Positions 19,706 to 28,856 of a DNA stretch of 53,036 bases are shown one piece after another. The notes below the pieces were generated by a model. The model had not been told where the DNA came from. It saw only the letters and a program-made list of their open reading frames with translations, and did no database searches. The DNA comes from an uncultured bacterium (GTDB lineage: Bacteria; SAR324; NAC60-12). Position numbers and translations under genes: made by a program. The stretch is taken from NCBI GenBank assembly GCA_964010765.1, contig CAXGMD010000013.1, positions 1-53,036 of the forward strand, given 5' to 3'. Every line of letters starts with the position of its first letter. The stretch's first letter is position 1.

Positions 19706-19942
19706 ATGCGCTCACTGTTCTTGGTTTGTGCCCTAGGCATTTTGGCAGGATGTAACAGCACGACCCGTGTGGGCTACCACGATGCCAAGCAGTTCAAGAA
19801 TGACGCATACCGTGCCTGCCTGAAGGTCGACCAGAGTCCTCACTATCGTGTAGTCGAATACGATACAGACAGCGCGGTTATTGAATGCCTACCCCCCTAT
19901 CAGGACAAGGGAAAGAATCCTCGTCAGAACTGGTGGGAGTAA
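19706..19942 (+). CDS. small lipoprotein with two extra cysteines
   Basis: Lipobox LAGC; 1 bp after the previous stop; similar to 39281..39490. Confidence 0.8.
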   Translation: MRSLFLVCALGILAGCNSTTRVGYHDAKQFKNDAYRACLKVDQSPHYRVVEYDTDSAVIECLPPYQDKGKNPRQNWWE

Positions 19943-20004
19943 AAACAACTAGAACAGTACTTGCAAAAACTTTTTGAGTTTCTCACCACAAACAGGAGGT
20001 TTGA

Positions 20005-20457
20005 ATGGTTCGTAAATGGATTAAAAGTACTCTCTGCGCTACCGTAGGCGCTATCACTCTCATCTTTGCAACCCCCCAGCAATCCCAAGCTCAAGCAAAT
20101 CTAGAAATTGTTTTCATTGATTCTCTCTGGGGAGGAGGAATAGGCGCTGTCAGTGGACTGGCTCTTTGGGCTTGGAAAGATCAGAAATCAGCCGAAGTTA
20201 CCAGCATGATCGCCCGTGGAGCTGCTGTTGGCGTTTTCGGGGGAATGATGTTCGGCCTCTATGAGATTGGACAAGGCGGCAGTGTCGAAGATGACATGTT
20301 CAATGCCCAACACGAAATCACACCAAGTATTTTCAATTACAATCGAGCTAAGCATACCCTAGCTATCAACCCAACCCCATTGGCGAACAACTTAATCCAA
20401 CGATCATTCAGTGGGGAGCATTCAACCACGCTACCCCTCCTACGCATTTCTTTCTGA
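20005..20457 (+). CDS. exported glycine-zipper membrane protein
   Basis: AGGAGG SD; signal peptide (AQA); two Gly-rich hydrophobic helices; C-terminal LLRISF. Confidence 0.8.
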   Translation: MVRKWIKSTLCATVGAITLIFATPQQSQAQANLEIVFIDSLWGGGIGAVSGLALWAWKDQKSAEVTSMIARGAAVGVFGGMMFGLYEIGQGGSVEDDMFNAQHEITPSIFNYNRAKHTLAINPTPLANNLIQRSFSGEHSTTLPLLRISF

Positions 20458-20463
20458 AACCTG

Positions 20464-21510
20464 ATGAGAATCTTGATTACAGGTGGAGCCGGCTTCATCG
20501 GCTCCAACCTAGTTCTCCACTGGTTACAGCATCACCCACAAGATCACGTCTTCAACCTTGATGCTCTCACATATGCTGGGAATTTGCTCAACCTGAAAGA
20601 AGTTGAGGGAAATTCAAACTATCACTTCCTTCATGCAGATTTACGGCAACCTGATGTTGTCAAAAAGATCTTCATTGAAAACAAAATCGAAGGAGTTCTT
20701 CACCTAGCTGCAGAATCCCACGTTGACCGAAGTATTAGCGGACCTGCAGACTTCATTGAAACAAATATTTTGGGCACCTTTCACTTACTGGAAGCTGCAC
20801 GAGCCTACTGGGGCAATAGCCCTGACCCACGTTTTCATCATGTGAGTACGGATGAAGTCTTTGGCTCACTCGGCCAAGAGGGCGCTTTTCATGAAGAAAC
20901 TCCCTATGCACCAAACTCACCCTACTCTGCCAGTAAAGCCAGTAGCGACCATCTAGTTCGAGCGTACCATCACACCTATGGACTGAATGTTGTCACAACC
21001 AATTGCTCGAACAACTATGGCCCATTTCAGTTTCCTGAGAAGCTGATTCCACTACTGATTCACAACTGTCTGGCAGAACGCTCTTTGCCAGTCTACGGAG
21101 ATGGTAGCAACATCAGGGACTGGTTGTACGTCAAGGATCACTGCCGAGCACTCGACCTGGTTTTCCGCAAGGGACAAACAGGGGAATGCTATAACATCGG
21201 AGGCTCCAATGAATGGCGCAATCTGGATGTAGTGCATCTGATCTGCGATCTGTTAGACAAGGAACTAGGCCGAAACGGAGACGATTCCTGCCGTAAACTA
21301 ATTACATTTGTCAAAGACCGACCAGGCCACGATCAGCGCTACGCAATTGATCCACGGAAGATGCGACGGGAATTGAAGTGGTCCCCAGAGTTGGATTTCC
21401 AAACGGGACTCTTACAAACCATTCGCTGGTATCTCAACAACCAAGCCTGGGTAGAACAAGTGACCTCTGGATCTTATCGAGAATACTATCGTCAGCAATA
21501 CAATGTCTGA
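20464..21510 (+). CDS. rfbB: dTDP-glucose 4,6-dehydratase
   Basis: ILITGGAGFIGSN, LTYAGN, AAESHVDRSI, STDEVFG, PYSASKA, FPEKLIP, DRPGHDQRYAID. Confidence 0.97.
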   Translation: MRILITGGAGFIGSNLVLHWLQHHPQDHVFNLDALTYAGNLLNLKEVEGNSNYHFLHADLRQPDVVKKIFIENKIEGVLHLAAESHVDRSISGPADFIETNILGTFHLLEAARAYWGNSPDPRFHHVSTDEVFGSLGQEGAFHEETPYAPNSPYSASKASSDHLVRAYHHTYGLNVVTTNCSNNYGPFQFPEKLIPLLIHNCLAERSLPVYGDGSNIRDWLYVKDHCRALDLVFRKGQTGECYNIGGSNEWRNLDVVHLICDLLDKELGRNGDDSCRKLITFVKDRPGHDQRYAIDPRKMRRELKWSPELDFQTGLLQTIRWYLNNQAWVEQVTSGSYREYYRQQYNV

Positions 21511-22395
21511 ATGCAGATTCAGCAGGCTTACCTTGATGCACAAGATGGACTCGTCCGCTCCAGTGATTGGCTATACTTCCATGGGAATCACTTTCGCTGG
21601 AACTTGATCAATCCCCACAGCAATCCTACAAACGGAGAAAATTTCAACCGCTTTACCCAGCGTCTTTCTGGAAGAATCCCTGATCTCACTGCTACAACTC
21701 AAAGACTCTCAGGGCACTTTCATCTCGGAATCCATCCCCACTTTCACAGCTACTACCATCTCTGGACAGAACTCATTCCCCAAGTGCTCACACAAAGGGA
21801 AAGTCACTGGTTATTGCCTTGGTGGTTACCAGTAAATTACATCGCTTTTCTTCAGCAACTCCGAATCAGGCTGACGGTTTTACCCCCAAGAATCTTTCAA
21901 TGTGAATTGCTCACTATTCCTAGCAAGCCATCTCTTCAAGACATCAAATACTCTATCGAGTACCTTCGTCAAAATTATCTCGGTCGCAGCAATGCCTGCA
22001 ACGATTTGACTAGCCGAATTTATATTTCTCGTCGGCGTGTAAAGCGTCGGCACTTGCAGAATGAGCAGGGGTTACTGCCGATACTGGATCGTTATGGTTA
22101 TCGGATAGTCGAACTGGAAGATTGGTCGATCGAAAGGCAGATGCAGCTTTTTAGTGGAGTGACCCACGTGGTGGCTCCACATGGAGCCGGATTGACGAAT
22201 GCTCTTTGGATGCCGGTAGGGGGAAAGGTTCTGGAGATTCGGCCATCCTATGCAAGCGGAGATTTTTGCTTCTCAGAAATCTGTGCGTTATCCAGTCTGG
22301 AGCATGAGGTGCTGGTACCGACTCGTCGACCAGCTTTCCGACTGAAACCAGCAATACTCACTGAGCATTTGCAGAGTTGGCATCCCAAAGTTTGA
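21511..22395 (+). CDS. glycosyltransferase family 61 (DUF563) protein
   Basis: YYHLWTE, IYISRR, QMQLFS...VVAPHGAGLTNALW...VLEI. Confidence 0.85.
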   Translation: MQIQQAYLDAQDGLVRSSDWLYFHGNHFRWNLINPHSNPTNGENFNRFTQRLSGRIPDLTATTQRLSGHFHLGIHPHFHSYYHLWTELIPQVLTQRESHWLLPWWLPVNYIAFLQQLRIRLTVLPPRIFQCELLTIPSKPSLQDIKYSIEYLRQNYLGRSNACNDLTSRIYISRRRVKRRHLQNEQGLLPILDRYGYRIVELEDWSIERQMQLFSGVTHVVAPHGAGLTNALWMPVGGKVLEIRPSYASGDFCFSEICALSSLEHEVLVPTRRPAFRLKPAILTEHLQSWHPKV

Positions 22396-23419
22396 CAATA
22401 CGAGCATTACGGAAACCACTATAATGATTACGCAGTGAATACATAGTAGAGCGGGCTTCCCCAGTTGTCTCAAAAAATCCCACACGAATACGGAATTGTA
22501 GCTTGTTCGTTTCTCTATCGAATCGCTGGGATAGGTAACTGAAGTCTGTGTGTTCAATAAACTTGGGTAACAGAGCACTCGCTGTCGTCAAGTCCTCCTC
22601 GATGGGCAATTCAATGGTCCAAGGTTTGGTAATCGGTTGTTGAAGATCAATTAAATTACGGGACAATTCTCGAGAAGTTGGCGCCACTGCCCAGTAATCA
22701 CCAGTAAACTCACCACTTTTAGAATATTTCTCAAACACCTCCTGGCCTACCACCTGTGCTTCTTCAGCACCCTGAAAAAATCCGATTCTTACGCGGTACC
22801 AAACCATTCCCTCAAACTTGTCTTCGGTACGGTGTATGTAGGCATAGTGACCGTCCTGCACCAGCAGTTGTAGCAACTCCAATGCTTTTGGAAAATCAGT
22901 GACCGATAAAGAGGTCATCTGTACTGCAAATTTGCCCAGTTTTTTGCGTGACAGAATATCTTTCATCGCATCAACCTCAGTATGAAACTGAACCTTGATT
23001 TTCCTGCCATCCTGAATCCATTCCCAGTCACGGGCATATTCGGGAATGATCGTGTAGTCTAGCTTGTAGTGGTTCTGAATCAGGACGGTTTGCCAATTCT
23101 CAGTAACCATGCCCAAGCGCTGTCGATCGATTACTTCCCAATAGGGTTGATCAACTTCTAGCAGAGCTGCTCGGACAGCTCCTTGCGGTAGGGACAATGC
23201 TGGTTCCACAACCTGGGTTGCGTTATCACCTGATACTTCTGAAGAATCGACCTCGAAAGGAATCGATTGAAGTTCTTCAATTGTGACTGTTTGAATCTGA
23301 GTACTCACATGACTCTTGGGATCAACCAAGCTCATCACAGCAGAAGCTGCTCCTCCCAAAATCAAAAAAGTTGTGCCCAGCCATAACAGCACAATTCTTT
23401 TTGTCCGAACACTACTCAT
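22358..23419 (-). CDS. membrane-anchored protein with two SPOR-like domains
   Basis: N-terminal TM; FAVQMTS...WYRVRIGFF..AEEA and FRIRVGFF..GEA. Confidence 0.75.
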   Translation of the reverse strand: MSSVRTKRIVLLWLGTTFLILGGAASAVMSLVDPKSHVSTQIQTVTIEELQSIPFEVDSSEVSGDNATQVVEPALSLPQGAVRAALLEVDQPYWEVIDRQRLGMVTENWQTVLIQNHYKLDYTIIPEYARDWEWIQDGRKIKVQFHTEVDAMKDILSRKKLGKFAVQMTSLSVTDFPKALELLQLLVQDGHYAYIHRTEDKFEGMVWYRVRIGFFQGAEEAQVVGQEVFEKYSKSGEFTGDYWAVAPTSRELSRNLIDLQQPITKPWTIELPIEEDLTTASALLPKFIEHTDFSYLSQRFDRETNKLQFRIRVGFFETTGEARSTMYSLRNHYSGFRNARIVKLWDANSANAQ

Positions 23420-23754
23420 TCAATCAACTCCTGAGGATGGGTTTCCTCCTTAATCCAATTTAAAAAGTCCTGATTGCCCCACAGAATGGGCAAGGCCAAC
23501 AGACAGGGAAAGTCATAGGAATGATTTTCACTAAGAAGCTGCTGAATGGCCGATGATTGATCCCGCGTGGTTTTCGCAAGCATTGAATATTCTTTTGAGT
23601 GATCCAGATTGCCTTGCCAATAGAAGACCAGCTTCATTTCTCCTTGAGGGAATTTGACATAGTTCATCAATCCCTTCTGTAGTAGCTGGTTCCACAAGGT
23701 GCTCGGCCTCTTCTGGACTGAATGCTGTCAGAGCAACACAGGCGCTGGATTCAT
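23416..23754 (-). pseudogene. cutA: divalent-cation tolerance protein CutA with a disrupted N-terminus
   Basis: C-terminal YWQG..EYSMLAKT..HSYDFPCLLALP..GNQDFLNWI is CutA-like. The ATG at 23754 overlaps the recJ stop but meets TGA at 23730-23728; the expected N-terminal motif lies in another frame. Confidence 0.7.
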
Positions 23755-25448
23755 GCTTGGATTTCCTTAAGCAACATCTGAATTTTTCGTTGTCCCCTAA
23801 ACTCATTGAAGCCAACTGTCACCGCTAGTTGATGTGGTTTGACTCCCTGCAATTGCTCAGCAAAATTCCATCCAATGACTTCGGTAGAGCGGGAAAGTAT
23901 CCACTTCACGTGATGATCCTTAAGTAACTGAAATTCCTCTTGTGGGGTTGGCAACGCAAAGAGTGGCTCTGGATTTGCCGCGCCAAAGGGTTCAAGTTGT
24001 TGAATTTGCTCTACCAAAAGCGCATCTGGTCCTTGCTGCGGCAGCTTTCCATCCAGCAGTAGCTGCGGCCTCAGTTGCTTAGGCAACCAGTCTTCACAAA
24101 CTCTTGCAAAAGCAGTGCGGAAAGCCTCAAGATTTTCAGGAGCAACTGTACACCCTGCAGCACCCGCATGACCTCCAAAACGAACTAGCTGGTCAGCACA
24201 CTCCTGCAGCGCTTCCTTGAGGTGAAAGTCTGGAATCGCTGAACGTCCTGAACCAGTGTATCGTTCAGGATTAGCAGTACTCAACAGAATCGTTGGTTTG
24301 AAGGTCTTTTCAGCTAAACGTGCAGCAACAATCCCATTGATTCCCTCATGAAACTGACCTGAGGCAAGCACCAAACCTTTCTGGTCTTCCTGCTGAGCCG
24401 CTTGCTCAAAGGCAATGGTCAACATCTCCTGTTCTAGGTTGCGTCGCTCTTCATTCATGTCATTGAGTTGCTGGGCAAGTGGCAAAGCCTGATCCAGAGT
24501 TGGACTCAGCAATAGTTCTACTGCCAATGCAGCATCATAAAGACGACCCGCAGCATTCATCAGGGGCGCAAACTTAAATCCTAGTGTTGTTGCGGTAATC
24601 TCTCCATCAACCCTTTTGACCTGTTTTAACGCTTGGATCGCAGGCCTTGGTTGAGCGTTCATTAATTGTAGACCCGCATGAACAAACAAACGGTTTTCAT
24701 CGCGCAGATCGACTACATCTGCAACTGTTCCCAGCGCAGCAAAATCAAGCAACTGCTTTAGATTTGGTTCTGGCCGTTCTTCATCCCACCAAGCAATGTC
24801 TCGTAGGGCTTTGCGCAAAGCCATCACTAGTTTGAAGGCCACCCCACAGCCGGAAATTTTTTTAAACGGGTAGGAGCAAGCTGGATGGTTGGGATTGACG
24901 GTAACAGTCTCTGGAAGAGAATCTGGCAGAGCTAGGTGGTGGTCCGTAATTAAAACACTTACACCCTCATTCTGGAGTTGCTGAACTTCTTTGCGAGCAG
25001 TAATGCCGTTATCAACAGTAATCACCAACTCTGGTTGGCGCGACAAGATCACATCGACACTGGCTGGGGTCAGCCCATAGCCGTGCTGTAATCGCTGTGG
25101 AATAAAGTAGTCGAGTTGACTGCATCCTGCGTCGCGTAGAAAACTCAGTAGCAGCGCTGTCGATGTGATTCCGTCGACATCATAATCTCCTAAGATTAGA
25201 ATGCGCCGATTCTCTCGCAGGAAAGGCAGCACCAACTCAACTGCTTCCTGCATATGCCGAAGCAAAAATGGATCTCGAAGCTGACGAAGTTCTGGTTGCA
25301 GAAAGATTCCTACTTCATCCGGAGTACAATAGCCGCGACGATACAAGATACCAGCAACCAGCAGGTGCAAGCCTGTTTCTCGGCTTAGAAATTGGTAGAT
25401 ACTCTCGTCTGCACTAGCTGCAAATAGCCATTGTTTTTGAACTTCCAT
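23751..25448 (-). CDS. recJ: single-stranded-DNA exonuclease RecJ
   Basis: GDYDVDGITS, RLQHGYGL, ITVDNG, ITDHH, LGTVADVV, NAAGRL, GSGRS, FGGHAGAAG, LEPFGAANPEP. Confidence 0.96.
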   Translation of the reverse strand: MEVQKQWLFAASADESIYQFLSRETGLHLLVAGILYRRGYCTPDEVGIFLQPELRQLRDPFLLRHMQEAVELVLPFLRENRRILILGDYDVDGITSTALLLSFLRDAGCSQLDYFIPQRLQHGYGLTPASVDVILSRQPELVITVDNGITARKEVQQLQNEGVSVLITDHHLALPDSLPETVTVNPNHPACSYPFKKISGCGVAFKLVMALRKALRDIAWWDEERPEPNLKQLLDFAALGTVADVVDLRDENRLFVHAGLQLMNAQPRPAIQALKQVKRVDGEITATTLGFKFAPLMNAAGRLYDAALAVELLLSPTLDQALPLAQQLNDMNEERRNLEQEMLTIAFEQAAQQEDQKGLVLASGQFHEGINGIVAARLAEKTFKPTILLSTANPERYTGSGRSAIPDFHLKEALQECADQLVRFGGHAGAAGCTVAPENLEAFRTAFARVCEDWLPKQLRPQLLLDGKLPQQGPDALLVEQIQQLEPFGAANPEPLFALPTPQEEFQLLKDHHVKWILSRSTEVIGWNFAEQLQGVKPHQLAVTVGFNEFRGQRKIQMLLKEIQA

Positions 25449-25449
25449 G

Positions 25450-26055
25450 TCAGGATTCAAAGCTTGGGGTATTCTGTAACAAGCCTCCTTGGTCAAGGAA
25501 ACCATAAATTTCCCGGCTGATCCATGCATCAGTCGCTGCATAATTCTGCTGACTCTCTGTCAGTTCTTCCTGCTCCCAGTTACTGAGTTGGGCTTTCTTT
25601 GAGATTCGCACATTGAGAAAGATTCCAGCAAGATTTCGTAGTCCACAGGTAACAATCCCCAACTGACGAGCGAGTTGACTAAGTTCAACGAAGCCTTGTG
25701 GTATAAACGCTCCTAATTGCTGAAGGCCCTTGATGTCATCTCGGATGGCTACCCCAACTTTCTGTGACTCCGGTGATGCCAATAGGTCACGCAGTTCTTC
25801 AGGAAATCCGAGCTGGTTCAGGCGAATTAAGTAGACTGTTTCCTGGGTCGCCAATTGCAGTAGGGCAATCGGGAACATCACTCCTTTACGAAAAGAGGGA
25901 CGGGTCTCCGTATCAAATCCAAGCAATTTTTCAGCGTGTAATGCTGGCAGACAGGCCTTGAGACTTTCATGATTTGCCACTAGCTCAATTCTTCCAGAAT
26001 AGCTGACTAGAGGCAACTCACCGACCTCTTCCTTGGTAATGCGCTTGGGGAACAT
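25450..26055 (-). CDS. 3'-5' exonuclease (DEDDy, RNase D/WRN-like)
   Basis: LGFDTETRP, LLQLAT, KVGVAIRDD, SNWE...YAATDAW. Confidence 0.9.
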   Translation of the reverse strand: MFPKRITKEEVGELPLVSYSGRIELVANHESLKACLPALHAEKLLGFDTETRPSFRKGVMFPIALLQLATQETVYLIRLNQLGFPEELRDLLASPESQKVGVAIRDDIKGLQQLGAFIPQGFVELSQLARQLGIVTCGLRNLAGIFLNVRISKKAQLSNWEQEELTESQQNYAATDAWISREIYGFLDQGGLLQNTPSFES

Positions 26056-26094
26056 GAAGGACCTATCGGAGGTTTCCAAATGAGAGAATTCGTA

Positions 26095-26703
26095 TCACAG
26101 AGGATCTTGCGAAAGCACTTGGTTGATCAATTCTTGCGAGAAACCTCGTTGGTAGAGTTTTTGAGCTAACTTTCTTTTCGCTGCAGGATCTGTGGGAAAT
26201 CCGAACTTTCTTACGAGTGCTTCGGCTTTTTCCCTCAAGACAGATTCATCTACCTCTGAGGCCAGGGCTTGATCGATCCACTGCCCGGCAACGCCACGCT
26301 GCTTTAGCTCAGCACGCAGCCGATAAGCGCCCCAAGAGCGATTGGCCATACGGGAACGAACGAAATTCAGAGAGAAGCGTTCATCACAAAGGAACTTTTG
26401 CTCCTCAAGTTGTAACAAGACAGGCTCCACTTCCCTGAATCCAGGGAAGCGCTGTCGTAATTTTTGTCGGAGTTCCCAGATGGAGTGTTCGCGCCGGGCA
26501 AGCAAATCCAGAGATTTTTTATATATCTCACGGAATCGGCCAGCCGATTGAATCTGTTCTAGCAGATCGGGTGAAAGTTGCTGTCCTGCGTATAATGATA
26601 GCTCTGTCACGGAGAGCGCCAAGATGCGAACTTCCTCACTATCGGAAAGTCGAAGTAGCGCGCTCCCATCTGTTTGCCATTGAATCTGCTCTAACTGCAA
26701 CAT
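26095..26703 (-). CDS. recX: regulatory protein RecX
   Basis: SLDLLARREHSIWELRQKL, LCDERF, GAYRLRAELKQRGV, LYQRGFS. Confidence 0.88.
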   Translation of the reverse strand: MLQLEQIQWQTDGSALLRLSDSEEVRILALSVTELSLYAGQQLSPDLLEQIQSAGRFREIYKKSLDLLARREHSIWELRQKLRQRFPGFREVEPVLLQLEEQKFLCDERFSLNFVRSRMANRSWGAYRLRAELKQRGVAGQWIDQALASEVDESVLREKAEALVRKFGFPTDPAAKRKLAQKLYQRGFSQELINQVLSQDPL

Positions 26704-26709
26704 ACAAAT

Positions 26710-27426
26710 ATGAATCTAGAGCAACTAAAAAAATTCCGCATACGAGACCATCGGGAATTGCCAGAACAGGTCTACGAGCGAATGACTCGCACCAATCCTT
26801 ATTTGAAGCAGGTGCACGACTATCCAGATCTGCTGTTACCTCATCCCACCTTGGATCAAATCCAGCAGCATTGGGAACCTCTGCGTGAGCGCGCAGAACG
26901 AGTACATGTGGAGATCGGTTGTGGTTCTGGTGGTTATTTGCAAGCCTGGGCCAGCCAACATCCACAAGATGCGTTCCTCGGCTTTGAGTTACGCTTCAAA
27001 CGCCTAACACTGGCTGCTCGCAAACTGGCTCAAGCTCAGTTGATCAATGCTCTGCTTGTAAAAGACAGGGGGGAACTGCTCGGAGAGTATCTGACTGAAA
27101 AAAGTCTAGACATCCTCCATGTAAACTTCCCAGACCCCTGGCCCAAGAAGGCTCATCGAAAGCACAGGCTGTTTTCCAGTGAATTTCTGGATCGACTGCT
27201 GATTTTCTTTCGAGAAGGTGGAGAAATTCGCTTCAAAACCGATCATCAAGAATACTTCCAGATGGTGCTTGAACTACTCCAGAACCATCCGAACTACAAG
27301 ATCGGCACTCTGACGGAAGATCTCTGGAACAGCCCCCTGAATGAGGAAAATATCCCTACGGAATTCGAAAGACTCTTCAAGTCGAAAGGGAATTTTCAAG
27401 TCGGCTTTCTCACTGCCCATTGCTAA
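26710..27426 (+). CDS. trmB: tRNA (guanine-N7)-methyltransferase
   Basis: VEIGCGSG, NFPDPWPKKAHRKHRL, FKTD, TEFERLF. Alternative start ATG 26782. Confidence 0.95.
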   Translation: MNLEQLKKFRIRDHRELPEQVYERMTRTNPYLKQVHDYPDLLLPHPTLDQIQQHWEPLRERAERVHVEIGCGSGGYLQAWASQHPQDAFLGFELRFKRLTLAARKLAQAQLINALLVKDRGELLGEYLTEKSLDILHVNFPDPWPKKAHRKHRLFSSEFLDRLLIFFREGGEIRFKTDHQEYFQMVLELLQNHPNYKIGTLTEDLWNSPLNEENIPTEFERLFKSKGNFQVGFLTAHC

Positions 27427-27495
27427 ATTGAGGGAATCACCAAATCTTGATCACCATGAGTCGAAAGCATCTATTTTTCACAAAGGAGTGACGGA

Positions 27496-28005
27496 ATGGA
27501 ATTGACTAAAGCTACCCTAGCTGGCGGCTGCTTCTGGTGTTTGGAAGCAGTCTACCAGCGTATTGAAGGCATCCACCGCATTGTGAGTGGCTACACCGGT
27601 GGACATACCAACAATCCAGATTATCGCTCAATCTGTTCTGGAATGACAGGACATGCGGAAGTTGTCCAACTCGATTTTGATTCAGAGATAATCGGCTATT
27701 CTGAGATCTTGGATTGGTTCTGGAGGATGCACGACCCAACAACACTCAATCGTCAGGGCAACGACGTTGGCACCCAATACCGCTCAGCAATTTTTTATCA
27801 TTCCGAAGAGCAACAGGAACTGGCCATGAAATCAAAACAGGAAGTAGCCTCAAGGTTCTCTAGGCCAATCGTTACTGAGATCGTTCCCTTAGGCACCTTT
27901 TATCCTGCAGAAGACTATCATCAAAACTACTATCGCCAGCATCCAGAAAATCCCTATTGCCAAGTCATCATCGCTCCCAAACTCCAAAAGTTGAATTTTT
28001 CATGA
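27496..28005 (+). CDS. msrA: peptide-methionine (S)-S-oxide reductase
   Basis: GGCFWC, SGYTGG, GHAEVVQ, HDPTTLNRQGND, AEDYHQNY. Confidence 0.97.
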   Translation: MELTKATLAGGCFWCLEAVYQRIEGIHRIVSGYTGGHTNNPDYRSICSGMTGHAEVVQLDFDSEIIGYSEILDWFWRMHDPTTLNRQGNDVGTQYRSAIFYHSEEQQELAMKSKQEVASRFSRPIVTEIVPLGTFYPAEDYHQNYYRQHPENPYCQVIIAPKLQKLNFS

Positions 28006-28847
28006 CAAATACGCCTAGTGAACTGAAGGTTGCCTGTGTGCAGCTAACCTCCGGCATTGACCTCGAATACAATCGCCAACAGGTGGAAGTTGCTTTGCAG
28101 GAAGCGGTTGAAAAAGGAGCACAGTGGATCGTTCTGCCAGAAGCCGTCAACCTATTGCAGCAGAAAAATCCTCTTGCTCGAGCAACAGCCGTTACTGAAG
28201 AAGAAGATCCTGTGCTGAAGTGCTGCCTAGATATCGCTGTCAAAGCAGGAGTCTGGATTCATGTCGGTTCCCTAATTCTCCACAACTCAACTGGCGACGG
28301 ACGGTTGCTGAATCGTGGATTCGTCATCGATGATCAGGGGAAGATTCGAGCCCGCTACGACAAAATTCATCTCTTTGATGCCATTCTCAGTGATCAGGAA
28401 TCCTATCGTGAGTCAGCGAGCTTTGAAGCTGGCAAGGAGGCCGTCCTGCTACAAACTCCTTGGGGAGGATACGGAATGAGTATCTGCTATGACATGCGGT
28501 TTCCACATCTATATCGAACGCTCAGTCAGGCTGGTGCGCAATTATTAGCTATTCCCGCAGCTTTCACGCGTCCTACGGGAAAAGCCCACTGGCATACGCT
28601 ACTGCGAGCTCGAGCCATTGAAAATGGTTGTTTTGTGATTGCCGCGGCTCAGTGTGGCGAACATCCAGATGGCCGAGCGACCTATGGCCACAGCCTGATC
28701 ATCTCTCCTTGGGGAGAAATTCTGGCAGAGGCTGGAGAGACTCCTTGTAATCTCTACGGGACAATTTCATTGACGGAACCAGAACGAGTCCGTTATAAGG
28801 TACCCGCATGGCAACACCAACCCCAGTTTCGTCTGACCTCCTGCTAA
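28002..28847 (+). CDS. carbon-nitrogen hydrolase (Nit1/deaminated-glutathione amidase-like)
   Basis: E-K-C triad: VLPEA, YDKIHLFD, ICYDMRFP; LRARAIENG; ATGA overlap with msrA. Confidence 0.92.
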   Translation: MTNTPSELKVACVQLTSGIDLEYNRQQVEVALQEAVEKGAQWIVLPEAVNLLQQKNPLARATAVTEEEDPVLKCCLDIAVKAGVWIHVGSLILHNSTGDGRLLNRGFVIDDQGKIRARYDKIHLFDAILSDQESYRESASFEAGKEAVLLQTPWGGYGMSICYDMRFPHLYRTLSQAGAQLLAIPAAFTRPTGKAHWHTLLRARAIENGCFVIAAAQCGEHPDGRATYGHSLIISPWGEILAEAGETPCNLYGTISLTEPERVRYKVPAWQHQPQFRLTSC

Positions 28848-28856
28848 GCTCTGCCG

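Noticed and set aside
18976..19964. Sigma54-like TTGCA boxes upstream of 19051 and 20005
   Set aside because: Both lack the invariant GG at -24.
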